A stretch of DNA of 63,889 nt, counting the filler, from Cercozoa sp. M6MM (Eukaryota > Protista > Endomyxa: Ascetosporea), in NCBI GenBank assembly GCA_040357565.1. It is 9 parts of 9 records of this genome, joined end to end, with 100 filler letters (N's around TTAATTAATTAA, not from the genome) between each part and the next. Parts side by side here need not be neighbours in the genome. Positions count along the whole stretch, not along the records: positions 27,300 to 31,867 come from JBDODJ010001106.1; positions 31,968 to 34,241 come from JBDODJ010001805.1; positions 34,342 to 39,752 come from JBDODJ010000914.1; 6 more parts are not named here. The stretch is one strand, 5' to 3'. Below, piece by piece: positions 27,361-39,717 of the stretch (its first letter is position 1; each line of letters opens with the position of its first letter). Under the pieces are notes generated by a model. That model ran no database searches, had not been told where the DNA came from, and saw only the letters and a program-made list of their open reading frames with translations. The translations under genes and the position numbers were made by a program.

Positions 27361-29002
27361 TACCACCGTCGCTGCTGGTGGCGCGTGCTGCCGAACTGCG
27401 CTGGGCGCTGCGTCAGATCAGTGGTATCGCCGCCCTCTATACCTCCGTGCCCGTATCCCTATACTCATATCCATACTGTACCCCTGTGTGTGCAGCACGG
27501 CCGGTGTCGACGGTGCCGTCGAAGGAAGCACTCGGCGACGACGATTCGCCGCTTCGCTCCTGTCCTCTTGTACTGCATTTTAGATCCTCTTACCTCGTCT
27601 ACCTCCCTTTCTTACTGTGTATGACCCTTGCGTTACCCCAGGTACCTGCCTTCGCCCAGCGTTGTGTCAAAGGTAGACAAAGACACCTTTGGAGACATGT
27701 GTACCTCAGTATGTACGTTGCTGCACAGTGGCGGACTTTGCTCAACTCGTGGCGACGGATGCTGTCGTACCCTCTGTGTTTCCATGTTTGCCCACATACA
27801 CACACACACACCACACACACACACACAGACACACACACACACACACAGATACTGTGTTCGCTTAGGTGTACTCGCAACCGCTGCAGCTGTTCCACCGCAA
27901 CTGGCGACTCAAGGTGCTACACCCCCTCCAATCCGTTACCCCTGTTATTCTTTGTTGCTCCTACTACGGACAGGTGTACACGGCAGGCAACGGTGCCGCA
28001 CGCGGCGAGTTTCTTTCCGTCTTTCTCGAACTCGTGCCGGACGAGAGTGCCGACACACAGGAGGTCGATGTGGTACCTCGTCCTTGTCCTCTACCCTTCC
28101 CGACCCGCTGTCCACTTGGATAAGTTTCTGTGTGCGTGCGCAGGAGCAGAGTGAGTCGGCGGAGCAGCAGAGCGACGCGCCAATCGAGTACGTCGTCGAA
28201 CTGTGTCACGCGAGCGACGCGCGTCGCAATGTGCCTTCGACTCTTCCCTTCCTGCCCTGTCCTACCCTAATTTATCCTACCCTACCCTACCCTACCCTAC
28301 CCTACCCTACCCTACCCTACCCTACCCTACTCTACCCTATCCTACCCTACCCTACCCCACCCTGCCCCACCTGACCTCCTTACCTACACAGGTGGCACGC
28401 ACGTTTGCGAGCGCCTTTGCCAACGGTGAGTGCTGGGGCTACAACCGCTTCCTGCCGCTGCGCGAGGTGCTCGACAATGGCTTCCTGGAGGACGGCGTTC
28501 TGACGCTGCGTTTCTCACTGAGAGCGCCGTCCTATGAGGTGCGGCACCTATGCATGCATGTGTTTGTCTGCACGCATTGTCGTATGTGTGATACATGTAG
28601 GCCCAAAGCAAGCACTGGCAGCAGCGTGCCGATGTACTGCTCCAGGAGGTCAAGCGACTGCGGCAACTGCAGTAACTCACTCTCCTCCCTCCCCCCCCCC
28701 CCCTCTGTCATTCTGTTCCTTTGCTCGTGCCTATATATGTGGATGATATGTTGGCTTTGGGGTTAATTTGCTTTGGGTTAATTTGCTTTGGGTTAATTGG
28801 GAGCACAGGAAACCCACGGCGAGTGCCGATGACAGCAGTGCACAGGAAGACAGCGACGACGACAGAGGGAGCCACAACGAGTCCCTTGGTGAGTTGCTAG
28901 CAAAGCGGTCTCTGTCGAGTGTGCCGTAAATCTCTTTTTGCAGTGGTGCTGGAAGGAGATACGGATGACAGGCACGCACACCTTCAGTCCGAGCCTGTCT
29001 AG
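27361..29002 (+). CDS. TRIM37-like MATH/TRAF domain protein; 5' truncated
   Basis: VYSQPLQLFHRNWRLK|VYTAGNGAARGEFLSVFLEL...EYVVELCH...ARTFASAFANGECWGYNRF...LTLRFSLRAPSY closely follows the TRIM37 MATH domain. RING and B-box are not visible. Confidence 0.75.
28260..28360 (+). repeat. (CCCTA)n tandem repeat inside a TRIM37-like intron
   Basis: Direct reading; it lies in the GT-AG intron 28231-28391. Confidence 0.9.
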
Positions 29003-29100
29003 TCCTGCGCTGGTTGAGTCGTCCATCCGCGTGGCGGCGCATCACCGAATGCCAAGGATGCTGAGCTACTGGGTGTACTGACGGTGTATCACCGCACGTA

Positions 29101-30828
29101 CAGCATGAACTACTGTATCCGCGCGGAAGCAATCCTAAACTTTATAGTCAGTACCGGTACAAACGAAAAAAAACCAGTACAAAAAAAAACCTCGCCGTGG
29201 GAGCTCTCAAAAGTAGTAACGCTGGGGCTCGAAGAGAGGTGAGCCCCGTGCACTGATATCCTAGAAATTTCTAGAGTGTATTCACGATGGTGCGTGCAGT
29301 GTAAGACCGCGGTCAATCTCCCCAGACCGACTGAACAGAGCCCCGAGGCTTGTGCAAAAAGTCCTTGAAGTTGCAGGGCAAGAAATCTAAACTCAAGTCG
29401 CTGGTGCCATGTCAGCAGCGGTTCCCCGACACGTTCACCGTGGACGACCTCAAACCAGCAGGCGCGCACGGCTTCACGGCGCAGCCCTTACATGTAGCAA
29501 ATTGCCACTGGAAAGCGGATCTGGGTTACTCGTACAGCCGTTGCGTCCACGAACTGAAGAAGCGCGACGCGCGCTTCACGAGTCTCAAGTTCGTCGTCAT
29601 GGCGGTCAAGGGAGACTCCGTGCGCGACAGAAAGTACGTGCGTTCCCCTCGCCAGTACTCTTCGTACTCTAAATTTATCTCTGTCTCTGCATTTGGGGTG
29701 TATCGCCAACAAATCACACATGCAGGTCCGAGAAACGCGCTTTGACCTGCGCGATTCGGCGCACGAATTCGACTCGCGAAGCGGCAAGAGAGCTGAACAA
29801 TCCTGCGAGAAAGTACATTTTTCTTCTGTTCATGAGGTGCACTCAGAGCGTCGTTTCTTTACGTAGTCGCACCAAAGTGTCGGTGACGCGCAGTGCCGTC
29901 CGCCAATACCTTCGTTCAAGGAACCTGCGGGCGTATTCGCGCCGCCCTCGGCCGCCGCTCAATCAAGCAAGTCGGCTCGCGCGGGTACTGTACTGCGGGT
30001 GGTACCTGAGCTCGTGGGCACGTGGAAACATGATCCATCGCAAGATCATTTTCTCGGGCGAGTGCATCTTCACCTGCGGTAGTGAAGTTGACATCCCTGC
30101 CTCGACATACGCAAAGGTACCACACCTTTACACCTTATGGTGTCGAAGTACCAAACTTGTTAGCGTTCACGTGCAGGTAGGAGTCGGCCAGACGTCGCCG
30201 TCGGTGTCGGGCCATGGGACGAAGAGCACGTGTCGACAGGCACGAACCAACGATTCCTCTACATGATCACCTTCTCTGGCATACGTGGACAAGCTTCTTG
30301 GCGAGTGTTCCAAGGTGATGCTGATATTTTTGCCTCCCGGTCCAGTCAACTGAACATACATTACATCCTTGTTACCGCAGCCCTCTCAGATATGTACAAG
30401 GCCTTGGTAAATTGAGGGTACGCCACTGATACAAAAAAAAAGAACGCAAGAAAGTCTGTTCTTGGAGGGAGAGTGGCCAAGTGTCAGTTTGAAAGAGTGA
30501 GTTACGCCAACGGTTCGGTTGGGCGGCAAAGCACTGGCGGACGGGAAATCACCCTCAGATGTTATTACTGAGAAAGGACAGTCAGTCTTTGGGGTTCTTG
30601 AGCCGGAAAGACATCGTCAGGACTGAATAGCGAGGGTTCAGAAGTTCTTGAGTTGGCGTGAAGAAGGAAAGAAGAAAGAAGGGCCTGATCGAGAGAGCCC
30701 TTCTATGAGTTCAGCTGCAAAAAGCTTGCTCGAGTCTCCCCGCGAACACACGTCAAAATCTTCTGCACCTCTCTTTGGGACATTTTGTAAGTCTTAAAAT
30801 GGCTTCCGCGCGGACACAGATCATGCTA
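29101..30828 (+). mobile_element. Degenerate Tc1/mariner-superfamily DNA transposon, 1728 bp, with imperfect TIRs and TA flanks
   Basis: Left end TA|CAGCATGAACTACTGTATCCGCGCGGAAGC; right end reverse-complemented TA|TAGCATGATCTGTGTCCGCGCGGAAGC (17/18 core identity plus outer AGCATGA). It encloses a Tc1-like transposase remnant. Confidence 0.7.
29360..30429 (+). pseudogene. Tc1-like transposase remnant with putative introns; first catalytic Asp replaced by Gly
   Basis: RALTCAIRRTNSTREAARELN...VSVTRSAVRQYLRSRNLRAYSRRPRPPLNQASRLARVLYC...RKIIFSGECIF matches the Tc1/Tc3 second HTH, linker and the FSDE motif. The later QDN and SPDLNPIE motifs are not recognisable. Confidence 0.65.
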
Positions 30829-31015
30829 TAGCATCCTTGGCTGTGTTCTTCCCGAAGAAACGCTGCACTAAACCAGCGGACAGCCCTTGTACTGTAACCG
30901 AATACTACTGTAGGCTTTGCAATAGCTCTTTCAGTTCTTTAAATTAACTTACTGACTCACAGTGTCTGTTCGAACGTATGCTGGTGTCGCAGTCGACTGT
31001 CACTCACTCGTTCGT

Positions 31016-31782
31016 TCACGCCTCCTTTGCAAGGCGGTTGGCCAGATACGTGTCCAGTCGTTCAACCAGGTCGGCCTTTCGCTGCAATAAAGGATGAAAC
31101 AGGCATACCCTTTATTGGATCGATACAAAGAAGAAACATGCATACCCCACTCCGCGGCTTGCCGGCAGCTTCCAGCAGCGTCTGCCAGCAAGTAAACATC
31201 ATGAAGTAAGGCTGCCACAAGTGCGCCACAAAGTCGGCGAAAATCATCTCACCTTGAGTTCGGCAACCTTCTTCTTGCCGAGGAAGTCGCTGCTGGCTTC
31301 TTCCTTGTACCTGTTATGGTGCAATAAACAAATAAATAAACATATAACATCTCCATATATATATTCAACAATAGTTAAAAGATAGAGACGATGGCACTGA
31401 GTGAAGACGGCATTGAGTGCCTCCGGGTCGATCTGCACCTTGTGCGACTTGCGCGTCGTCTTGGCCAGCGGCGCCGGCATTGCCTCGGCAAACTTGGCTG
31501 CCGCCTGGGCCAACTGCAGACAGACACATTCCTCACTAACTCACTCACCCATCCACCATAGACACACACAGAGGGGGCAGTCGCACCTCAGGCTTGGACT
31601 GTAGTGTCTTGCGCAAAAGGTTGTCGTCGTACTGTGTCTCCTGTGTCGTACACATACACAAACATATCAATGTGCATGCATGCAGGAAAGGGAGCAGGGG
31701 TACACGGATGGGCAGGTCCTCCAGCGACTGGTCGAGTGCGCGCGCAGTGATCACCTGCATGCGACGGGCGGCACGCGGGTTC
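31016..31782 (-). CDS. Ku70 (XRCC6)-like C-terminal fragment with SAP domain; 5' truncated
   Basis: NPRAARRMQVITARALD resembles the Ku C-terminal arm (NPxLQ...ALALD). The protein ends in a SAP domain LGKKKVAELK|TLLEAAGKPRSG|RKADLVERLDTYL. Confidence 0.55.
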
Positions 31783-31815
31783 CTGCACACAAACACAAAC
31801 ACACACAAACACACA

Positions 31816-31867
<52 letters not shown>

Positions 31868-32034
31868 NNNNNNNNNNNNNNNNNNNNNNNNNNNNNNNNN
31901 NNNNNNNNNNNTTAATTAATTAANNNNNNNNNNNNNNNNNNNNNNNNNNNNNNNNNNNNNNNNNNNNCTTTTCCCTTACTCCCCCTTAATTTAAGACCCC
32001 CCTTCTCCCCTTTATTAACCCCCCCCCCCCATAG

Positions 32035-34020
32035 GTACGGCAATGCGAACAGCGTCCGTGCTGAGCGAGGACCTCGACTTGCGACGCAATGCACCTGTAT
32101 ACCTTACCCCCCACCCCCCTTTATCCCTACCCCTACCCCCTACCCCTACCCCCTACCCCCCCTTTACCCCCCTACCTCCCCCTGGGCAGACGCGGTCGCG
32201 CGTGACGCGTCTGCGCGCGCCGCTGCGGCAGCCGGTGTTTTCGCTGGCATCGCTGAGTACTGACGGTGCAGCAGACGGTGTGACTGACGGTGTGACTGAC
32301 GGTGTGACTGATGACGCCGTCAGTGGGACGGTTGATCGCGCGAGTGATCGCGCACGTGTCAGTGAGGCCGACGGCGACAGCAGTCGCGACGACTTTGGCC
32401 ACGTGGCGCTGTGTCGCCACAGCAGTCGCAGTGCCTCCGGCAGTGCCTCGCCCGCCGACCCGACCGATCGGCCTGTCCGCGCGGACGCGCCTGTCCTGGT
32501 ACCACACTGTTGTACATATTGCACAGCTGTACATTGTACATATTGCACGGTACATATTGTACAGTTGCACTGTACATATTGTACAGTTGCACAGTACATA
32601 TTGTACATATGCACTGTACATATTGTACATATGCACTGTACATATGGACATATGTATGCAGATGGAAGAGGCGCCGCCCGACAACAGTTTTTTGCCGCTG
32701 TCGCTTCGCATGACACGCGCCGAGCGCAAGCAGATTCGGTAGGCTTCGCTCCCTCCCTTTACCTCCTTTACCCCCCTTACCTCCTTTATCTCCCTTTCAC
32801 TCCATGTTACTACTCTTACCCCCCGTCTTACCCCCCTCTTGCCCCCTGATGAAACAGACGATCGATGCGACTGAATCGGCGCTTAAGAGTAAGCTCTCAC
32901 TTAATGGAAAAAACCTGCCTTTTTGAGGCCCCCTTAATACTGAAAACACCGCCTTAAATAGCGCGTGCCGAACGAGTTCGAACGACGTTTCGCGCCGATT
33001 TGTCGCGTCGGAAACGGTCAGTTCGGCGACGTGCTGCTGTGCCGATCCAGGTACACACGTGTCACACTGGACCGGTCACTTGGACAGGTCGCTTGGACCG
33101 GTCACTTGGACACGTGTCTCACTGTGCATGTGTGACTGGACAGGTCGGACGGCACCGTCGTGGCGGTGAAACGCGTGCGCCGGCGCGTGCAGCAGTCCGT
33201 GCTGCGGGTGCGTTTTACCTCCTCCCCTCACCCCTTTTTACCTCCCTATTTACCTTCCTATTTACCCTCCTGTTTACCTCACTATTTACACCTCTATTTA
33301 CCCTCTATTTATCTCCCTATTCACACCTCTATTTACCCTCTATTTACACCTCTTTTTACCCCCCTATTTACCTCCCTATTTACCTCCCTATTTACCTCCC
33401 TATTTACTCTCCCATTTACCCTCCCCTTTAACCTCTATTTTACCCTCCTATTTCCCCTATGTCCCACTATTTACACCCGTACTTACCTCGCTATTTACCT
33501 CGCTATTTACCCCCCCCTATTTACCTCCTATTTACCCTCCTATTTACCTCTATTTACTCCTATTTACCTCCCTGTTTACCTTCCTATTTACCCCCTATTC
33601 GCCCTCCTATTTACCCTCCTATTTACCCCCTATTTACCCCCTATTACCCTCCTATCTACCTCCCTATTCACCCCCTATTTACCCCGCTATTCACCGCCNN
33701 NNNNNNNNNNNNNNNNNNNNNNNNNNNNNNNNNNNNNNNNNNNNNNNNNNNNNNNNNNNNNNNNNNNNNNNNNNNNNNNNNNNNNNNNNNNNNNNNNNCC
33801 CCCCCCCCCCCCGGTGAGAGCAGGAGGCGTACGCATTGTCGGCGCTGCGTGCGTGCGGCGTGAGCAGCGGCAGCGGCGTGGTGGGCTACCTGGACGCCTT
33901 CGTGTGCGCGCAGTCGCAGCAGCTGTGCCTGGTGCTGGAGTGGTGCAACGGCGGCGCTCTGTCGGAGCGACTGCCCGCGGACGAGGAGTCTGCGAAGCTG
34001 GCGCCGTCGTCGCTGTCGTC
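32035..34020 (+). CDS. Protein kinase fragment, Wee1/Myt1-like N-lobe
   Basis: FERRFAPICRVGNGQFGDVLLCRSR|SDGTVVAVKR...QEAYALSAL...VVGYLDAF...LCLVLEWCNGGAL, preceded by a low-complexity region. The C-lobe is beyond the contig end. Confidence 0.6.
32508..32656 (+). repeat. Intronic degenerate TGTACATAT/TGCAC tandem repeat
   Basis: Direct reading; a similar unit occurs in the intron at 63019-63113. Confidence 0.8.
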
Positions 34021-34241
34021 GTACTTTACCCCTCCCTGTTTACCCCCTATTCACCCCCTATTCACGCCCCTGTTTACCTCCCTATTTGCCTCTCTATTTG
34101 CCTCTCTATTCACCCCCCTATTCACCCCCTGTTTACACCCCTGTTTACCTCCCTATTTACCCCCATGTTTACCTCTCTGTTTACCCCCTATTCACCCCCT
34201 ATTTACCTCCCTATTCACCCCCTATTTACCTCCCTATTTAC
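33210..34241 (+). repeat. Intronic ~12-nt minisatellite (TTTACCTCCCTA-like) in two blocks, 33210-33698 and 34025-34241
   Basis: Direct reading; the blocks flank the kinase exon at about 33820-34020. Confidence 0.9.
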
Positions 34242-34341
34242 NNNNNNNNNNNNNNNNNNNNNNNNNNNNNNNNNNNNNNNNNNNNTTAATTAATTAANNN
34301 NNNNNNNNNNNNNNNNNNNNNNNNNNNNNNNNNNNNNNNNN

Positions 34342-34397
<56 letters not shown>

Positions 34398-34398
<1 letters not shown>

Positions 34399-35640
34399 CT
34401 CGCCTTTCGGCAGGAAGCGCGCGACGTGACGCTTCTTCTTAGGCAGCACGCCCTTCTTTTTCGGCTTCTGCTTTATGCGCGTTTGCTTCTGCGTTCGCAC
34501 CTTCTGTCGCCAGACAAGCACAGAGTGAAAGGGCAAAGTGCAGAGCGCAAGCAGAGGGAAAAGTGCAGAGCGCAAAGTGCAGACGCAAAGTGCAGCGCGC
34601 AAAGTGAAGGTGTAGTGTTATGGAAGGGATGTGGATAGGTACCACAGGCTGAGTCACTGCGAGCGCTTGCTGCTGCAGGTGTTGCTGCTGCTGCTGCTGC
34701 TGTAGTTGTTGCTGCTGCATCTGCAACTGCTGCTGCCGTTGTTGCTGCAGTGCCTGCTGTTGCTTCTGCAGCTGCAGCACGCGACTGCGCTCGATGAGGT
34801 GCGCATACATGTAGTTCTGCCGCTGTTGCAGTGCCGGCTGCGACTGCTGCGCGCGCAGAATCGTCGTTCCGTTCGCCAGCATCATCGGGTGCAGTCTTTG
34901 TCTCATCTGTAGACACACACATACACACATGTACGCATACCAAGTGCAACAGCAGCGCGTACCTTGCTCATCGAGGTCCGCGCAAATTCATGATACATGA
35001 CAGGCACAAAAGGCATTGTTGGCGGCAACTGCGCCGGCACTGCCGCTGGTTGGATACGCACCTGTCCAAGGCACAACCATGCTATGCACACCTTCCCCCC
35101 GTCAAGACAGACAGGCTGTGTGTACATTTGGTTTGAACGTCAGACTGAGCATCTCGCGCAGGCCGGAACTGTTTTTTTCGTCGTGCGTGTTGGCACCAGT
35201 TGCCGCTGCACCGACTGTCGCCATGCCGGAAGCAACGGCACCCGACGGCATACTCATCGTCATGCCGTTCATGCCAATTCCCATGCCCATGCCCAAGCCC
35301 AAGCCCATGCCCATGCCCATGGCAGCACCGCTTGTGTGCGACGGCATCGGAGCGACACGCGCCTCCACGAGTGGCATCTGCTGATGCTGCTGCTGCTGCT
35401 GCTGCTGTTGCGGTGCCAGGAGCACCGGCGGCATCATCTGCGCAATCCACAGAGTGCACACTGCCCTGCCCTGATCCCCGAGTGATACACACCAAGAGAA
35501 AAAGCAATCACGTACGTAGCCGTGTGGCAACATGGTCGGCAGCTGCGATGCGGGCGTCTGCGCGGCGTGCTGCGGCATTTTACTGCCGGTGCGGCACACG
35601 AGTCAGAGCGCCCACTGGTGACGACTGTGACAGCGATGGC
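34398..35640 (-). CDS. Gln/Met/Gly-rich low-complexity hypothetical protein; truncated, 5' exons unresolved
   Basis: Poly-Q and MGMG exons (35150-35442, 34646-34907) and EGANAEANAHKAEAEKEGR are bounded by GT/AG on the minus strand. Confidence 0.5.
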
Positions 35641-36814
35641 AAACACCTACAGACATCAGGAGTCAGTAATGCGGCAGCACAAGCGCGAATACGTGCACGA
35701 TAAAAACTCGTGCGACGCAAGTAAGAAACACACAAATCGGGGCCAAATGCCCTCGAACCGGCAGAGAGAACAAGTTCGCGAAAGAAAAAAATCATTGAAC
35801 ACAAAAACACCAAACGCCCCAACACACCGGCTAACGCACAGGAATGGTGCCAATACGCTATAATTTTCCCACACAGTACCTAGCAGCACGCGGATGACCG
35901 TGAACCGCGCTGGGGGCCACTCAAGCCGGTCCAAGATTCTCGTATTTTTGGGGCCGCAACTAATTTGCTGTGCACACGGCTTTTAGCGGCCCTTTTGCGC
36001 TATTGTGCCGCAGTGGGTAGCTAGGGGAGTGAGCATTTAGCTGTTCAATCCACCTTGTTCCAGGACAGCAAACCAGTTTTTGGATCATGGCCTGGTCTCT
36101 TTGTTGTGATTTGACCAGACTTAGGACCGTTGATGAATCAATAATACCCAGCTTCTGGGTCATGGCTCAGGCTACGATCTTGCCGACGCTCTCCGGCGCT
36201 GATCACGACAGGGTCATTTCACTTTTTGGTGCATGCAAGGTTAACACGGTGTACCACAAAAACATGGTGTCAGACGTCGCCAAGTTGTTGCCCTTGCGCA
36301 GAGAAATTACGCTCCGGACAGCTCAAAAATACATCGATCAAAAGGCGGACAAAAACGTAAAACTGCACAAAACAAAATCCGACCCCAGACCGATAACAAA
36401 AAAACCTAGGTCCATGGTAGCTGTTCGGGCAGATTAAGCACACTTCATCCTCATCTTTGGTAGCCTCGTCTTCATCTTCGTCGGTCGTAGTCTACCATTG
36501 GCTGCATGGCACGCTTAGCAGAGGGCGATGCTCTGTTGGGAATCTCAGGTTGCGTCGGTATGGCAGCACTTAATCTCCTCCTTGGAAATTGGTGCATGCG
36601 CCTGGGAACGGCATTTCTGGTTGCGCAACGGTTATTACTGATAGTCCGAGTATCCCGTGTAGGAATTATTTGAGCGCGTGCGCGAGCACACTAGGAAAAT
36701 TTATTTCTTTTTCTGCATTTAATTTACCCGAGAAACTAGCTAAAAGCACAGAGGTAATGAAGCAGCAGCAGCACGCGCAAGCGCAATGCAACACAGCCAG
36801 TAGGTCGCATCGAC

Positions 36815-37603
36815 TTAACGGTACGACTTCTGGAAGCGGGCACGGGCACCGTGGCCACCGAACTTCTTGGCCTCCTTGCGACGCGGGTCGGCAACGAGGA
36901 GCGAGCGGTCGTAGGCGAGGAGCACGTCCTTGATCTCCTGCTTCGACTTCTCGTCGACGTCTGCACAAACCCCGGGTGATACAAACATCGGCACACAGCA
37001 GAAGTTGCTTATATGTCGGGGTACACTTCTGGTAGAAGGCGAGGATGGCCTTCGACATGGCCTGGCGGATGGCCGTGATCTGGGCCGACTGACCACCACC
37101 CTTGACACGGATGCGCATGTCGAGGTCGGCGAACTTGTCGAAGCCGAGCAGCAGGATCGGCTCAACAGCGCGGAAGCGAAGGGCCTGCGGCTGCACCAGA
37201 TCGATGGGAACGCCGTTGACCTTCACGAGGCCATTGCCGCGCTTGCAGTACACGACGGCAACCGCGTTCTTCTGCTCGCACGAAAAACCAAAAATAATAC
37301 ACACAAATCAAGAACGACTAAACTTCACCAGCACAACCAACGCAAAAGCACACCAAAGTGCACAATGGCTAAATCAGCCAGCAGTGTCCCACACAGCGAT
37401 CACCGCCAGATCAGAGTGCTGTCAGCACTAATCTCGATTCTCGTCTCGCCGACACTTCGAATTCGTGTAGAGTGCTCTGTGTGATGTGGGCAGTGTGGGA
37501 CACTGCTGCGATGCCAAAATCGCGCCAAACGGCGCAAAATCGCGCGAGCACTCAGGAACTAAGCGTAACGCACCTTGCGGCCGAAAACCTGCACGCTCTC
37601 CAT
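36815..37603 (-). CDS. RPS16: 40S ribosomal protein S16 (uS9); exons 37603-37574, 37271-37025, 36960-36815
   Basis: [10 protein letters not shown]|[20 protein letters not shown]...RIRVKGGG...AIRQAMSKA...[32 protein letters not shown]. Confidence 0.97.
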
Positions 37604-37970
37604 GGTTGAATAGCTGTTTCTCAAATCGGGTACGTGAGAAATTTTCTGAATTTTTTGGTGTACGCGCGGAGCGCCGGTCGGGGAAAAACCGCGTTTAGGA
37701 CGCCGCAGCAATGTGCTGGCCCGTGGAAAGTGCATTGATCGCACTATGGTTGTGTCTAATGGCGCGATCAGTTGGTGCATGGTACGAAAACAAAATTAAC
37801 ATTTTGTTTTTTGCTGGGAGATGATGTTGTCGTGTTTCGACCGGGAAAGTCCGATTGCCGCGCGTGCTGTCACGTGAAGCACACAGGATTGAACTTTGAA
37901 GCGAAGGAAAACGCGAAAGCAGGGCGAAAGCGGTGCGCTTTGACAGCAAACACGTTGGCAGGACGCAGAG

Positions 37971-39717
37971 ATGACAGTGTCCGAGTCGACCAGTTCGTCC
38001 GACGTATGCTTGCGTTTGTTTCGTGTGGAGGATGTTGCTGTGTTGCAAACCGTGATGTGTAGGGCTTTGTGCCTGCGCATGCGCGGGAGATGCGTCGCGC
38101 GTCGGCGGCGGAGCGCGACTTTGCCGCCCTCATGGTGGACGCCGATGAGAGGGAGCGGCACCCGTTGTCGGCAGGGGTAGCACCAAGCTCTAATCAGGGA
38201 GTGATGCTGTCTATGTGTCTATGTGTCTGTGTGTCTATGTGGTCACAGCGAGTGCGAGAACGAATCACTCGCATATCTTTCGATCGGTATCTCCACAAGA
38301 CCTTGCAGGTCGGCAAGGGAGGTAGGTGGGGTGTGTATGGGTACAGACTGCTCTCGATGACACGCTGGGGTCGCATGGTGCGCGCCCTGTCGGCACGCAT
38401 GTTCGCACTCGCCTTCTTTGGACAGCTGCGCGTACAGCAGGTGCCTCTGCTCAGACAGGACGTTGCTGTGGGTACACATTATGTATATATATACTTTAAT
38501 ATATATATACTTATGTATATATGTATTTTTATACTTATGTATGTATATATGTATTTATATGCTTATGTATGTATATATGTATTTATATGCTTATGTATGT
38601 ATATATGTATTTATATTTATATTTGTATTTGTGTATTTAGATTCGGACGCTGTGGCCGAGGTGCTCGACTCGGATGCTAGTCCATCTGCAACTCCTGAGG
38701 AAGCACCGTGTACTCACCCCTACCTCCCTTACCCCTGCCCTTACCCCCCCCCCGTAGCCAGTGACTTCCTGCGCTACCGCGCCGACAGTCTGCCGCAGTT
38801 GTTCCGCCACTCGCCGCTGGGTCACGCCGGCCGCGCGGACGGTCGCCGTCTACCACACGAGCACGGTGTGTCATGACAGGGATCATGTGTGGTCACATTG
38901 GGTGACTGGGTCGGGGTCATGTGTGGTCGCATGTGTGGTCACACCTTGACACGTGCGCAGTGCACACGGACCGCGTGTCGGACGAGCACCGCAAGCTGCT
39001 GCTGCGTAGTGGCAACTTCGACTGCTGCGTCTGGCTCGAGACGGCCACGTTCCGTCAGTTGCGCGTCATGCGCTCCGTCACCTTCTGGTTGTTTACCCCC
39101 CCCCCCCCCGGGCTGGGCCCACCCGGTGGCCCCCCCCCCCCCCCTTGTCCGCAGGGTGTTTTTGTTCGGAGCGGCACTGCTGGTGGCCGAGACAGTGGCG
39201 TCGGTGTACGCGCGGGAGGAGTGCTCGTGGTGCCGTTCGTTGGACGGTGTGATGTCGGTGACCACGACGGTGTTGCGCCCACTGACTCTACTGATCGCTG
39301 CCGTGGCACTCGTGGTCTACGTGCACCGTCTGTGTCTGGAGCGACCCTCCTCGTCCCGGCAGCGGCATCTGGTACCCGTAGCCCCCACCCCTTAACCTCT
39401 TCCCCGCACACCCCTTCGCCCTAACCCCTTCCCCCAACACCTTCCCCCTAACCCCTTCCCCCTAACCCCCGGCAGGTGGTGGAGCAGAAGTGGACGATGT
39501 GGCTGCTGTGCGGCATCGTGCTGCTGCAGAACCCGCTGCTGCTGCTGCCCGAGTCGGAGCGGCTGCTGCGCGAGAGTGCCGGCATGGCACTGGCCTCCTC
39601 GGCCTGCTTCATGGCTGGCGTGTCCGTGCTGCTGCTGTTCCACCTGCTCCTGGTCGACCGCTTCGCTCTGCTGTCGCGTCGGAGGCCGCGCTCCACGCTG
39701 CACTCGCTTCCGCAATG
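37971..39717 (+). CDS. Multi-pass membrane protein, TMEM181/Wntless-like; 3' truncated
   Basis: Several hydrophobic exons; EQKWTMWLLCGIVLLQNPL resembles the TMEM181 EQKW...LLLLYNDP motif. Confidence 0.5.
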
